From the NCBI GenBank assembly GCA_043228905.1, contig JBHGNT010000021.1, forward strand, positions 4,154,001-4,218,000: DNA of 64,000 nt. The letters are read 5' to 3'. A program made the position numbers and the translations under genes. Under the pieces are notes generated by a model. It was not told the DNA's origin and made no database searches. It saw nothing but the letters and a program-made list of their open reading frames with translations. The DNA comes from Azolla caroliniana. Lineage: Eukaryota; Plantae; Polypodiophyta. The stretch's first letter is position 1; each line of letters starts with the position of its first letter. Of this stretch, positions 26,232-38,000 are shown piece after piece.

Positions 26232-27240
26232 ATGTGCCTCACCAACCGGTGCTACCCTTGGAACCATTTCAAAAATGGGGGTTGGACTTCGTCGGACCAT
26301 TCAAGCCGCTAGCCATGCGAACCGGCAACGGATACGTCATTGTTGCTACGGATTACTGCACCAAATGGGTAGAGGCCAAGGCTTTGCGCGACAATACCGC
26401 GGCATCAACGACGAAGTTCCATTACGAATACATCTGGTGTCGTTATGGATGTCCCATCGAATTAATTAGCGACCAGGGTAGACACTTCCTCGGCCAAGTA
26501 GTGGAGAGCCTAACAACGTTCTACGCGGTAGTACACAAGTGCAACATTCCGTACTACCCGCAAGCCAATGAACTGGCCGAGTCCACAAACAAGACACTAT
26601 AGAACATCCTCCGGAAGATCGTCAACGAGAATCGGACCGATTGGGACACGAAGTTGCACAGTGCATTATGGGCTTACTGGACGATGTATAAAATGAGCAT
26701 AAGGACAACACCATTCCGGTTAGCATTCGGACTAGAAGCGGTGATGCTGATTGAATTTCAAGTACTGAGCTTACGAATACAGGTCCGGGAGCGACTAAGT
26801 GAAAAGGAATAAGAGGAAATCCGATTGGCAGCACTATGTGAGCTGGAAGAGCATCGGATAGCGAGTATCATGCAGTTGGACCTGGAGCAACGACGAAAGA
26901 AGGCATTTGTCGACCGGCACCGGAAGGGCAATGAGAAGTTGTTCGGAATCGGCAAGCCGGTGCTCGTGTTTCAGACCCCGGATGGGTAAGATGCCGGGTA
27001 AGCTACAATTCCGATGGACCGGACCATATTGGATCACGTGAGAATTCAACGGTTCTTACTAGTTAGGTAGGCTTGCCGGCGAAATACCGGACAAATGGGT
27101 AAATGGGTTCTGGCTTAAACCCTATTACGGGGCCATGCCACCAAACCCGTTCCATCTAGTTGAGATCGACGCGGTAACCGGAAGCGGCAAGCAATTGGCC
27201 GGCAACCAAGAGGAGCCGGTGTTACCCGACAACCGGGTCT
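26232..27240 (+). pseudogene. Gypsy A integrase core and C-terminus
   Basis: PHQPVLPLEPFQKWGLDFVGP, ATDYCTKWVEA, ISDQGRHF, YPQANELAE, RWTGPY (GPY/F). No chromodomain seen. Confidence 0.9.
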
Positions 27241-27401
27241 AATGCTTAATTATTCTAAAAAGGAAAAAGGAAAAAGAAAAAGTCATCATGCATAGGCGAG
27301 GAGCGAACGAGCACTTTGAAAAGGTGTGGTTGGTGGCTAATTAAAGCCTCTTTAAAAGCCCACCATGTGTCAACCAACTACTATAATAGTACACGACGTG
27401 C

Positions 27402-28415
27402 ATGCGCGGGAATCAAGAAAAGGCGCCAAGCATGGAGAGACAAAACCTCCACCTCATAGAGTCCCTTTCATTTCGCGAGAACAGAGCACTAAGCGCACAC
27501 AGCCGATTAAGAGTGATCAAACGAATGCAAGAGGAACACACAGACGTACTAATCCTACCAAGTCCCACAGACTCAAACGACGAGATGGAACACATGGCAC
27601 TCTTAGAACCAACCAAGAAATGGTTCAAACAATGCGGCTTGGAAGGAATCATCGAGGCACCTCTGCACAACGAGGCGGAGAAAGTCGTGTAGGAGATCGA
27701 TACGGAGGTCATCACAGAAGAGGCCATCCGCGCCATGACCGGCCTACCAGAGGGCGGCTTATTCTCGATCGACAACCCTTCACCGGAGATGCTCACGAAG
27801 TTCTTCGGTGAGTACTCCCTGGCCAGCAAGGCGTACCACACGCAAGGTGGCGAGGATGTTCTATTCCGAGAGGTTGCTCGTGTGCTTCATGAGTATGGGC
27901 ATGGACACCCTCGACTCCTAGCTATGCCAAAGAACATAGCAAGTTTTATTATAGCGACTTATGAGGGGGTATAAGTGGATTGGCTGGTGATCATCACTGA
28001 CAGTCTGACTGCGGCCATAGCCTCAGTAAAGGATGGCAAGAAGATGTGGACGGCGGTGGCGCAATGGCTCACTCTTTTAGTGCCGCTGGTAGAGCCGATG
28101 CAGCCGAAGAAGCGGGGGCGACCGATTGAACCAACCCCAAACCAATCATAAAAAAGGCAGCAACTACTGGCTAAACAGGCGATCGGATGGAAAGCGGCCG
28201 GCTCCTCACAGAAGGCGAAGGAGCAGTCTAGCCAGAAGCCTACGACAGAAAAGGAGACATTGGTGGAAATACCGGTGCGACCCTTAAAAATTAAGCTGTG
28301 CCGACCCGAACAACAATCGGAACAACCACAGGAGCAAGACCCCTTGGCGGCATTAATCAATAGCGGCACCCTAGTAGAGGAGCAGGAAGAAGAACCTGCC
28401 GAGCCCCTAGTATGT
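27402..28415 (+). pseudogene. Additional 3' ORF of Gypsy A, unknown function
   Basis: One frame of ~338 codons broken only by three stops (27690, 27972, ~28149). Contains ITEEAIRAMTGLPEGG, VDWLVIITDSL and KKRGRP. Cut by the T insertion at 28416. Confidence 0.7.
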
Positions 28416-29940
28416 TGTCGTGAAGATTTCCGGCTATAGTGTGAAACCGGAGTGGAATAGGGCAAGTCGATGGTGTGCAAAATGTGCACATATATAGTAG
28501 GAAACGATGTATAGAATAGAGGGGAGTATTTGTCCCACATTGTAACGCCCTCCCCTCCTTGGTCTATAAAAGGAGGAAAGGGGTCCCTTGTTGAGGGGTT
28601 GACCACTTTGAGTTAGGAGGGTATACCGTTAGAGTTAGGGTTAGGCAGTTTCTCTTATTCTTGCTTTGTTCTAGGTTCATCTTGGTAGTTTCCTTTCTTC
28701 TTCTTCTTCGTCATCGTCGTGTGGGTTGAGAGTTCGTATCTGTTTAGGGTTTTCTTTTGCTTGGTCCCCTGTGCAAGACCCTGCTCGGCGCGACGAGCCC
28801 GAGAGCTCCCCGATTAGCGGCTCGGCAACAGACTACTGTTGTAACCTAACCTAGCTTGGTCCGGCTCGAAGCCGGGCTGTATCTTTTCCCTTGTAATATA
28901 TATACTCATATTTGTTTATGCATATTGATGTATTTGGCGGTATCGGGAGCATAAACCCTTTGTTTCCTATGCATAAGAGTCGGTGTCGCGCGCATGCTCT
29001 CTCTCTCTTCTCTCTCTCTCTCTCTCGTGTTCGGTTGCCTCTGGGACGTGTCCAGAGTCAGTTTCTCGGCATACCTTCCTCCCTCGTTTGAGACCCCCGT
29101 GGTCCCGCCCTTTTTGACACGCACATACGTAATAACGCGACATAATTTGGTGAACCCGACGTGAAAGGGCGGTAAGGGAGAATGGAGTTGGAAGAAGACG
29201 ACTTCACGCAACTTTTTGTTGAAGCGGTGAGGGAGTTTGGACGAGCAACAACAAGGAGAGGGATGGCGCAACAAGCCATTGAGCGAGTGGTCGAAAGAGT
29301 CGGCCGTTTCAACGGGGACAACGTCCCATTCTACTTGGAAGCCTACAACGCGAAAATGGAGGAGCGAGGCGTAGACGAGGCGTTGAGGTTGGGGTTCTTC
29401 TGTCGGGTCGTCGCCGTCCGCATGCATGCGGAAGTGAAGGAGCTTTGAGAAGCTCATAGTTCGTGGGAGGCCTTCGAAGAGGCGCTCCTGCAGGCATATG
29501 GAGGACGGCGGAAGAGCTGGGGACGACGCAGCTTCGACCAGTGGGTGACATCGGCGAAGACCCACCAGGGCACAACGAAGGCGTTCCGAGAGTTCGAACG
29601 ACGGCTTGCTCGGCTCCCGGAGCGGGAGCAAGGTTTGGTGGGGGCGGACAAAGCCCTGTTATTCATTAGGTCGATCGACCGAGCGGAATGAGAGGCCATC
29701 GGGATTGAGCTCAAAGACGAGGACGGAGTGAATGGCCTTACAGAGGACTGGTCAAAGGTTGGAAGGGTATGCCAACGGCTAGATGACGAGCGAGCCGAGA
29801 AGGCTAGGAGCAGGAGCAGGAGCAGCAACAAACGACGGAGCAACTACCCGAGGAGCCTTTAGAACCCTTGGACCAGAGCATTCTAGACATTTTGGAAGAA
29901 GAGTGAAGGTCGAACCGTGGGATTCGACATACAAGGTACT
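28416..29940 (+). mobile_element. Truncated tRNA-Trp-primed Gypsy T (5' LTR, PBS, gag fragment), related to G
   Basis: LTR TGTCGTGAAGA..CGCGACA at 28416-29142, with the same start as the G LTR. PBS TGGTGAACCCGACGTGA at 29148-29164. gag AIERVVERVGRFNG..HAEVKEL is homologous to G ORF1. The right boundary is approximate. Confidence 0.88.
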
Positions 29941-29959
29941 GTCCCACGGGCGTGCCATG

Positions 29960-30231
29960 TGTTGGCCAGCAAAGACTTAAAAGCCGGATAAAGTCCGGAA
30001 TGGGAAAGGGATAATTAATCTATAATTATTATTATTTTGAGAAACGAACGGACGGACCCGGAATCGGTATGCTGATCTGGATCCGGGCCGGTTGCTGGTC
30101 GGCACCGGTTAATAACCGGTTAGGAATACGTTTGCATTACAGTCTACACCTACCCCACTTGCTCCACCCTTTGGTGAAGTGTCCTAGAGGGATACCTTGT
30201 GTTAGGGCTAGTCTGGCCTCAAGGGGTAACA
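29960..30231 (+). repeat. 3' LTR of Gypsy A, internally deleted (272 bp)
   Basis: Matches both ends of the 5' LTR but lacks ~190 bp between two CCGGTT motifs. Confidence 0.88.
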
Positions 30232-30688
30232 ATGGCCATGGAAAGGGTTCTTGAATACATCAACTTTCTAGAATTGTATGGAAAACAAGCAAAAAGATCC
30301 AAAAGACTCATAAAAGCAAAATTTTGTGTTCCAGTTGGATGCAAGATATGTAAAAATGGTTTGGTAGATGGGGCCCAACACACTTGCTTCATGATGCATC
30401 ACTAGATTGCTCTATAAATGAGGCCTTTTTGCAATGCCAATGTATCATTACATGGGAAAAATGTGGAGGTTCATGCTTCACACATTATACTACACATGTT
30501 GCACCTAACTACAAAACCATATTCTTCGTCAAATAGGGAACCATACATATTGACACATGTTAGAGCCCATCATGTTGTTTGCTATTTGAACCATTGCATC
30601 CATGCGGCTTAGCTCACCTGCATTTTGATGTGAGATGGGGTGTTGGGGCACAATTGATGAGAGTGATCGATTGTGCACACTTTGTCCT
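30232..30688 (+). pseudogene. Decayed LINE ORF2 C-terminal fragment, right part
   Basis: WKTSKKIQKTHKSKILCSSWMQDM*KWFGRW and SMRLSS..CEMGCWG..DRLCTLCP resemble the RLSxH..E.GRW..R.CxxC region before the LINE C-terminal zinc knuckle. Cut by the D LTR. Confidence 0.65.
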
Positions 30689-33600
30689 TGTTAAGAATTA
30701 CGTGATTAACTCTGGGTTAATTAGTACCTAATTATGTGATTAAGTTAAGCGGAAGATTAAGTGATATGTGTGTGTATGTGTGTGAGAGGAAGAAAGAGAG
30801 AAGTACACTTATGACCAACACAAGATGGGGGATGATTAACTCTATATTAAATTAGCATTATCATCATCGAATACAAAAATACACACAATGAGGTATATAT
30901 ACATCTCATGTGCAAAGGCTTCCTTCCGATGAGGAGCTCGTATGTGTGAAAGTGTTTTTAGAATCTAAGCCATTGAACATTAGAAGAATATAAAGTATGG
31001 ATAATTCACATTTGGAGGCTCAGAACACGAACCAAGACCTTAGGAAGAAGTCAAAAGTAAAATTACGAGACCAAGAGAAAAGTAAAAAGAGAAAAAACGA
31101 ACCATAAAAAACAGTAAAAAAGGAATGATCATAACTCCTTCGTGTCTGACCCAAATATTATGTTTAAATATGGGCTAGAAAGCTTGTAAAGAGAGCTATC
31201 TATAGATTTTTAAATCACTAAATTTGGAGCTATGATGAGGGAGATATGACGATTAGAAGGTCGCTGGGTCTTAGCTAAAAATAGGAGATAAAAAGCTTCT
31301 AAAAATAGCGTGAACGAGGAGGAAGAAGAAAATTATAAAAGAAGAAGTGGAAGGACTAATAAAAAAAATGAATAATAGGGAGAGGATCCTATTAGAGGAG
31401 AGGGAGTCTTAGGAAGAGATATCTTAGTGAAAGAGGAAGGGTCTTAATTGTGGCTTTTGAGTGATTGGTTGTAAGAAGGTCTTTGGTTTCTTAGTTGAAT
31501 GTGGAGTTTATCTCCTTTGTATTGTCTTGATGTTGGAAAATCATAACAATTGTATCTCTTTCTCATCTTCTCTATCTTTTTTTCTTAATTTCTTGAGTCT
31601 CTCTTGATCTATATAATATATTATGAGTCACAACTCCATCTAACCGGTTTTGTCAAGCCCTCATATAGTGTAAGATTACCCTTTGTCTCAAACACCCTAT
31701 CAATATGGAGTTAGCTCATGCACTCCATTAGTGGTGCATCGGTTCATGAGATAGACAGTTGTGGATGCCACATCGGCCCAATAGAAGTTCGGCATGTGCT
31801 TCTCATGTAACATGGTCCATACTACCTCGAGTATTTGCCGATTCTTCCTTTCGGCGAATCCATTTTGTTGGGGTGTGTGTCGGCATGAGAATTCTCTTCG
31901 GATGCCTTCACTTTGGAGGTAGGAGGTGAATTCATTGGAGAAGTACTCCTTGCCTCCATCTCATCATAGGCATCAAATGTGCCGGCCGGTTTCTTTTTCG
32001 ACTTGGCCCTTGAGCTTTTGGAAGTGAGAGAACACTTTGCTCTTCTTCTTCATCGGAAAGATCCACGTGTAGCGCAAGTAGTCGCGATGAAGGTGACGTA
32101 GAATCGGCATCCGCCGATCGTCGGCATTTGAGCCGGTCCCCATATATTCGAGTGTATGATGTCGAGGAGTCCTTTGCTTGTGTAGCTCTCCTTCGGGAAT
32201 AGGAGTCGATGTTGTTTGCCGAGTTGGCATGCTTCGCATACTCGGTCGACTCGAATGCCGGAAGTTCGATGACGACTCACTTTGATTGCATTGCTCGAAG
32301 CCGTTGGAGTTTTATGTGGCCGATTCTTTTGTGCCACAACTCGATGCTTGTCTTGGTTTTGAGACCTTTGGCCTACATGGCCGATTTCACCTCGTTCGAA
32401 TCGAGGATGAACATTCAACCATATCTCCGTCCCTTGGCTATGAGTCGGCCATCTTTCTTGATGAAACTACCTTTGTTGTTGAAGTGGACTTGCATGCCTT
32501 GCTCCACGATTTGGCCGACCAAGCCAAATTCTTCGTTAATGTGGACACGTGCAAGACATTCTTGATGCAAGTTTGCTCGCCTTCTTTCCTGAATGAGACA
32601 TTGCCGATGTGCCGAATGGGATGTGTGGTGTTGTCTCCCGTCTCTATAAAGCCGGGTCGGTCTGGCATTCGTAAGTCACGAAACCACACTTGGTGTGACG
32701 TCATATGATGTGAGGCTATGGAATCGACAAACCACATGTCTTCGAAGACTAACATAGAGTTCGCCCTATGCCTCATTACGAATAGTCCGCCGTAGTCATC
32801 GTATTCGGAGTTGCTGGCGTAATTCGTGAGTTGTCGACTTGTCAAAGCCGACTCGTTTCTTCTTTTTCTGCACTCCTCCTCGTGGTGGGCGATTTTTACA
32901 CAATAGTTGCAAGTTGCAGGCCTCATTTGCCGTCCTTGTTCGGCATGGAAGCTCCCCCTTCTTCCGAAGGTTCCTCAATGGCTTTCGTGAAGGTTTGAGT
33001 TCCCTTCGTGTGATGGGCGGAATTGACCTCTTCTACCACCGTGACCTCGTCCTCGGCCACCGTCCGAACTTGAGAAGAACATTTGTCCTTCCGACTTCTT
33101 CGTCTTGATTAAGATGTGGTTCTCTTCGACCAATAACATTGATTGGAGGTTGAAGAACGAAGGAGGGTTTTCTCTCGCCAAGATTGCCATCCAATAATGG
33201 ATCGAATTGTTGTGCGAGGCCGCCCAAGCATACTTGAACCATCTTGTCTTCATTGACATTTATGTTGATGGAGCCAAGTGAGTCGCAAATGCTCTTGATT
33301 TTGGCGGTGTAGTCCGACACGGGCATATCTTTTTGCCGAATGTTGTTCAACTCTTGTCAGAGTTGAAGCTTTCGGGCGGTCCTGTTGGCGGTGAACATCT
33401 TCTTCAAGTTCCCCCACGCCTCTTTGGGTGTTTTGGCGTCTCGAATGTGGCTAAGCATGTGATCGTCGACACATGTTGCCAAGCAATACATGACTCGACT
33501 CACCGCTTGCTCCTATATTGGGTAGTCGGCGTTCTTCGAGTTAGGTCGATTTTCTTGTGCGTCGTTGATGTATCTCCAATACCCTTGGCCAATGAGGTAT

Positions 33601-34284
33601 TGGGTCATCTTGTACACTCAAGATGAATAATTGCTCCGGTCTAGCTTTTCACTAGGGAGCGAGCTACCCATTTGTGTGTTCATGTTGATTGTAGTGTCTT
33701 CCGTTTTGTTTTTCTTCCTTTGATCACGTAGCGGCATATGGTAGCGAATAGCCGGAATTTGTCGTCGGCGTTTCGAACACACAATCACGAAGAGTCGGGT
33801 GGGCTTAGTGGATGTGTTAAACCACACACTCTGATACCATATTAAGAATTAGTTAATTAAGCAAGGGGTTAATTAGTACCTAATTATGTGATTAAGTTAA
33901 GCGTGGAAGATTATGTGATATGTGTGTGTATGTGTGTGAGAGGAAGAGAGGGAGGAAGATACACTTATGAGCAACACAAGATGGGGGATGATTAACTCTT
34001 AGATATTAAATTAGCATTATCATCATCAAATACAAAAATACCCGCAATGAGGTATATATAGATCTCATGTGCAAAGGTGCACATGTGTGAGTAGAATATA
34101 GGTACTAAGGTGTAAGTCCTATATTAAATGTACTTAGGAGTGGAGGATCTAGAATATCCCACTTAAGTACAAGGTCCTATTTAAGGTGTTATAGTCAACA
34201 CTCCTAACAAGATTCTATCTAGGTAACTACGAAGTTACATGGTTGACTAAATAGATAAACTAAGTTGAGCTTGATCTCTCAACA
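30689..34284 (-). mobile_element. Ty1/Copia element D, internally deleted (no RT/RH)
   Basis: 5' LTR 33840-34284, PBS TGGTATCAGAG at 33829-33839. Decayed gag-PR-INT at ~31690-33683. Partial 3' LTR at 30689-~30919. No TSD (gtcct/acaac). Confidence 0.88.
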
Positions 34285-34400
34285 ACAACTAAATCATAAT
34301 TAGGCCCGGTGAGGAAATCGCAAACATAGATGGTCCGAGACATGTTTTGAATGGCATGTGCGATCTGCATTGTTCAATCTCTATCCACAAAAAGTGCGCG

Positions 34401-34617
34401 CCTAAAACCCAACCCGGGTTTGACAAGCCTCTGTCACATCTAACCCGGGTTTGACAATTGGATTTGTCACAATTAACTCAGGTCTGACGAGCCTCTATCA
34501 CATCTAACCTAGGTCTGACAATTAGATCTGTCACATCTAACCTGGGTTTGACAAGCCTATTTCACACCTAACCCGGCTCTGACAAGCTATTCTATAACAC
34601 CTAAACCTAACCCGGGG
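34401..34617 (+). repeat. Left subterminal array: ~7 copies of a CTAACCCGGG-like motif at ~32-bp period
   Basis: Copies at ~34409, 34440, 34473, 34504, 34536, 34568 and 34607, mostly followed by t(t/c)tgaca..tcaca. Confidence 0.85.
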
Positions 34618-35023
34618 ACCCAATTTAAATTTCTGAAGAGCCCATTGTTTAAAAAAGATGCTAAGATTACTCAAAAATACAAAATTGCATGATTTTACAT
34701 ATAAAAATCACATGATATAATGTAATAAATAACTATGAGATCAAGATCAAGGTTCTTGTTCAAAGGATGGCAAGATACACCCACAATTTTTCGAGCAATT
34801 TTCATTGGAGTCTCTTGAAGTCAATGTCAAACCATCACAATGCAAACACCGAACCTTCTCAATGTCACATATTGGCAACCGCCTCTTAGCACGACGAGCA
34901 CCTCTATGTAGTCTGCTGATGTGTGTTTTGGTCGCGTTTGGGGAGTTGCCAATAAGTTCTTATGAAATGTTGAGCATGGCTCCTCGTTTTGCACCAATTT
35001 TTTGCTTCTGACTTATTGAACCT

Positions 35024-38000
35024 TGTCAAAGTTAGCGTGTGGAAGCGTTAGACAAACCGGCTCAACCGGATAGCAATAGAAAATGAGAAAAGGTTTAATG
35101 GAGAACTTAAAATAGAGAATACACATGGAGAGAGAGAGAGAGAGAGCAGAACATAAACTTCATTCAAAATAACACTCTGAAATTCTATGTACATAGAATG
35201 TGCTCAGAGAGTACTTTTATACAAGTCCATAAAGGACTGACAGAAGTATTGACAGGTACTTCACTATTACTACGTGCGATTGGCACTAACTACGAGATAA
35301 TGATCACCTAGTAGTCTAGGTGTTGAGAGATCAAGCTCAACTTAGTTTACTTAGTTAGTCAACCATGTAACTTCGTAGTTACCTAGATAAAATCTAGTTA
35401 GAAGTGTTGACTATAATGACTTAAATAGAACCTTGTACTTAAGTGAGATATTCTAGATCCTCCACTCCTAAGTACATTTAATATAGGACTTACACTTTGT
35501 ACCTATATTATCCTCACACATGTGCACCCTTGCACATGAAATCTATATATACCTCATTGTAGGTATTTTTGTATTTGATGATGATAATGCTAAGTTAATA
35601 TACTTACTCATCCCCCATCTTGTGTTATTCATAAGTGTATCTCTCTCTCTCTCTCTTCCTCTCACACACATACACACATATCACTTAATCTTCCGCACTT
35701 AACTTAATCACATAATTAGGTACTAATTAACTCTTAATTACTTACCTAATTCTTAGCACTAGGCTACTACTAGGCTTCCGGTTCGCACTCGAATCTAGCT
35801 CTCTGATCCGTCTACCCGATCCGGCTCTGGCTTATTTAGTTGATCCGGATCCGGTTGAGCTTGCTCACTCAACACTCCCCCTCAAGCTCAACTTGAGGTC
35901 GGATTGTGGTGTAAGTGTCTGCAGTAGCCGTCCTCCCACCTTGCTTGCGCTCCTCGTCCAGTCCGGTTCTGCTTCCTGCGACCCGTCCAGTACTACGCAC
36001 CTCGACCTCCTTGGTCGGCTTGTCTGCTCAACAAGCCTATATAAGCTCCTTCGCTGTTATGACTCCGACGCTTGTCAACCCATCGGTTCCTCCGTGTCGG
36101 TGTCGACTTCCGCAGCCTTTTCGTCCGGTTGGCCTTTAGTTGATTCGGCTTCTCCGAATCTTGAACTGAATCGACTTCCTCCGATTCGTTCCAGCTCTTG
36201 TTTGAGTTGGTAGTATCCAACTCGTCTTCCGTTTTTAGGCCCTTCACCACATCGAACCATGTCCAGGTCTTGGCCTTCTTTCGGTCGGCTCTATCCTTCT
36301 TGACTTTGCCACCGTTGCCGCTTGCTCCGACTTGTTCGGATGTGCCGACTCCTTCGGTTGACTCGGCTTCCTTTTTCCACTTATCTCCCCCCTTGGTTCT
36401 TTCTTCCTCTCCGGATCCTTGTCCGGTGCCATTCATTCCTGTTCTTGTTCTCCCCCTTAAGTGCGGCACATCGAGATGTTGAATGCCGAGCATCTCTAAA
36501 AAGTGCTGCAACTTGTCCGACCCGAGCGGCTTGGTGAAGATGTCGGCAACCTGCTGATCCGTGTGAACATACCAAAGTTCAACCTCACCGCTAAGGACCC
36601 ACTCACGAACAAAGTGATAATGCACTTCTATGTGCTTTGTCCGAGCATGGAATATAGGGTTCTTGGCGAGTTGTATGCTGCTCATGTTGTCACAGTGGAT
36701 CAGGATTGGTGTCGCACCTCGATCCGGAGGTCACGTAGCAGTCGCCGAAGCCAGATGGCTTCACAAGTGGCAATGCTAGTGCCCCGGTACTTAGCCTCAG
36801 TGCTTGACAAAGGCAATGTTGGTTGCTTTGTGTTGCTCCACGCAACAGACGCGCTACCAAGAGAAAACATGTAATCGGAGGTGGATCAGCGATCCGATGC
36901 ATCACCAGCCCAGTCAACATTGGTATATCCGACTAGCTTCCCAGCTATACCGTGTCGATATAACAGTTCCTGGTCCTTCGTGACGCTAACATACCGGAGT
37001 ATCCAGTGTGCACACTAAAGGTGCTTGACAGTTGGCTTCTGCATGAAGTGACTGATCACTCCGACCGGGTAACTGATGTCGGGTCGGGTGATTCTTAGGT
37101 AAATAAGGCTTCCGACAATTTGTCGGAACTGTTTCTCATCGCAGGCTGGTCCAAAGTCGGGACGTACCTTCTAGTTCCGGTCCAAGGGTGTAGGGATCGG
37201 TCGGCATTCCGTCATGCCGAACTTGTACAACATATTCAACACATAATGGCGTTGTGAGAGCAATATGCCATCAGGGGTTCGGATCACCTCGATCCCAAGA
37301 GAATAATAAAGATCCCCCAAGTCCTTCATTTCAAATGTGTCCGACAATTGGGACTTCACTCGACCGATTTCAATGAGTCCGGGTCCGGTGATGACTAAAT
37401 CATCTACATAAAGCAAAATGCAAACCGGACCGTCCGAACCGGATGGGGTTCTTCTAGCAGATTGATCGGCATAACTTTCTGTTAGCCGGTTTGAGGCCCT
37501 TCTTGGCCGGTTTGGACTTCCTTTATGAAGATCCGCCTTCTTCCATTCCGGGGTCAGATCTGCTCCGCTTCGACCCATCACTCCCGGTATCGTATTCCCA
37601 CATCTTCTTCTTCCCCTTCTCTTTGCGCGTGAACCGTCTCCTAGGTTCCTTGCGCCGGGAGAGCACGACAAAGTCTTCACTACTCACCGGTTCTTCATGC
37701 GACTGGTCATCACGATTCAGCCCACTTAGCCAGAATGAGATCGGACTCTCTTCTAGAGTGCCGAAGTCTTCATCTTCTTCCTGGACCTCCTCGCACTCAC
37801 TAGCCTCATCTTCCGGAATAGGGTCTTCCTCGGAAGTTGGAGTCGGTAGGGTGTACCATGATGTCGACTCATCAAACTCGACATCTCGACTTACTCGTAC
37901 CTGTTTAGTCCAAGGGTTATAACACTTATACCCTTTCGGCTCATGCGAGTAACCAACTAGGATGAACTTCTCCGACTTCGGATCTAGCTTCTTTCGCTTC

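Larger units (their letters stand above)
10526..30231 (+). mobile_element. Ty3/Gypsy LTR retrotransposon A (non-chromovirus type), decayed, hosting B, C and T
   Basis: LTRs TGTTGGCC..GGTAACA at 10526-10964 and 29960-30231. PBS-like TGGCGACCAC at 10972 (tRNA-Arg-like, inferred). Domain order gag-PR-RT-RH-INT. Flanks gtggt/atggc are consistent with a decayed 5-bp TSD. Confidence 0.9.

Noticed and set aside
28513-28545. Purine run plus TGT as A's PPT or as the start of the T LTR
   Set aside because: The T LTR starts earlier, at 28416 (matching the G LTR start), so this sequence lies inside it.
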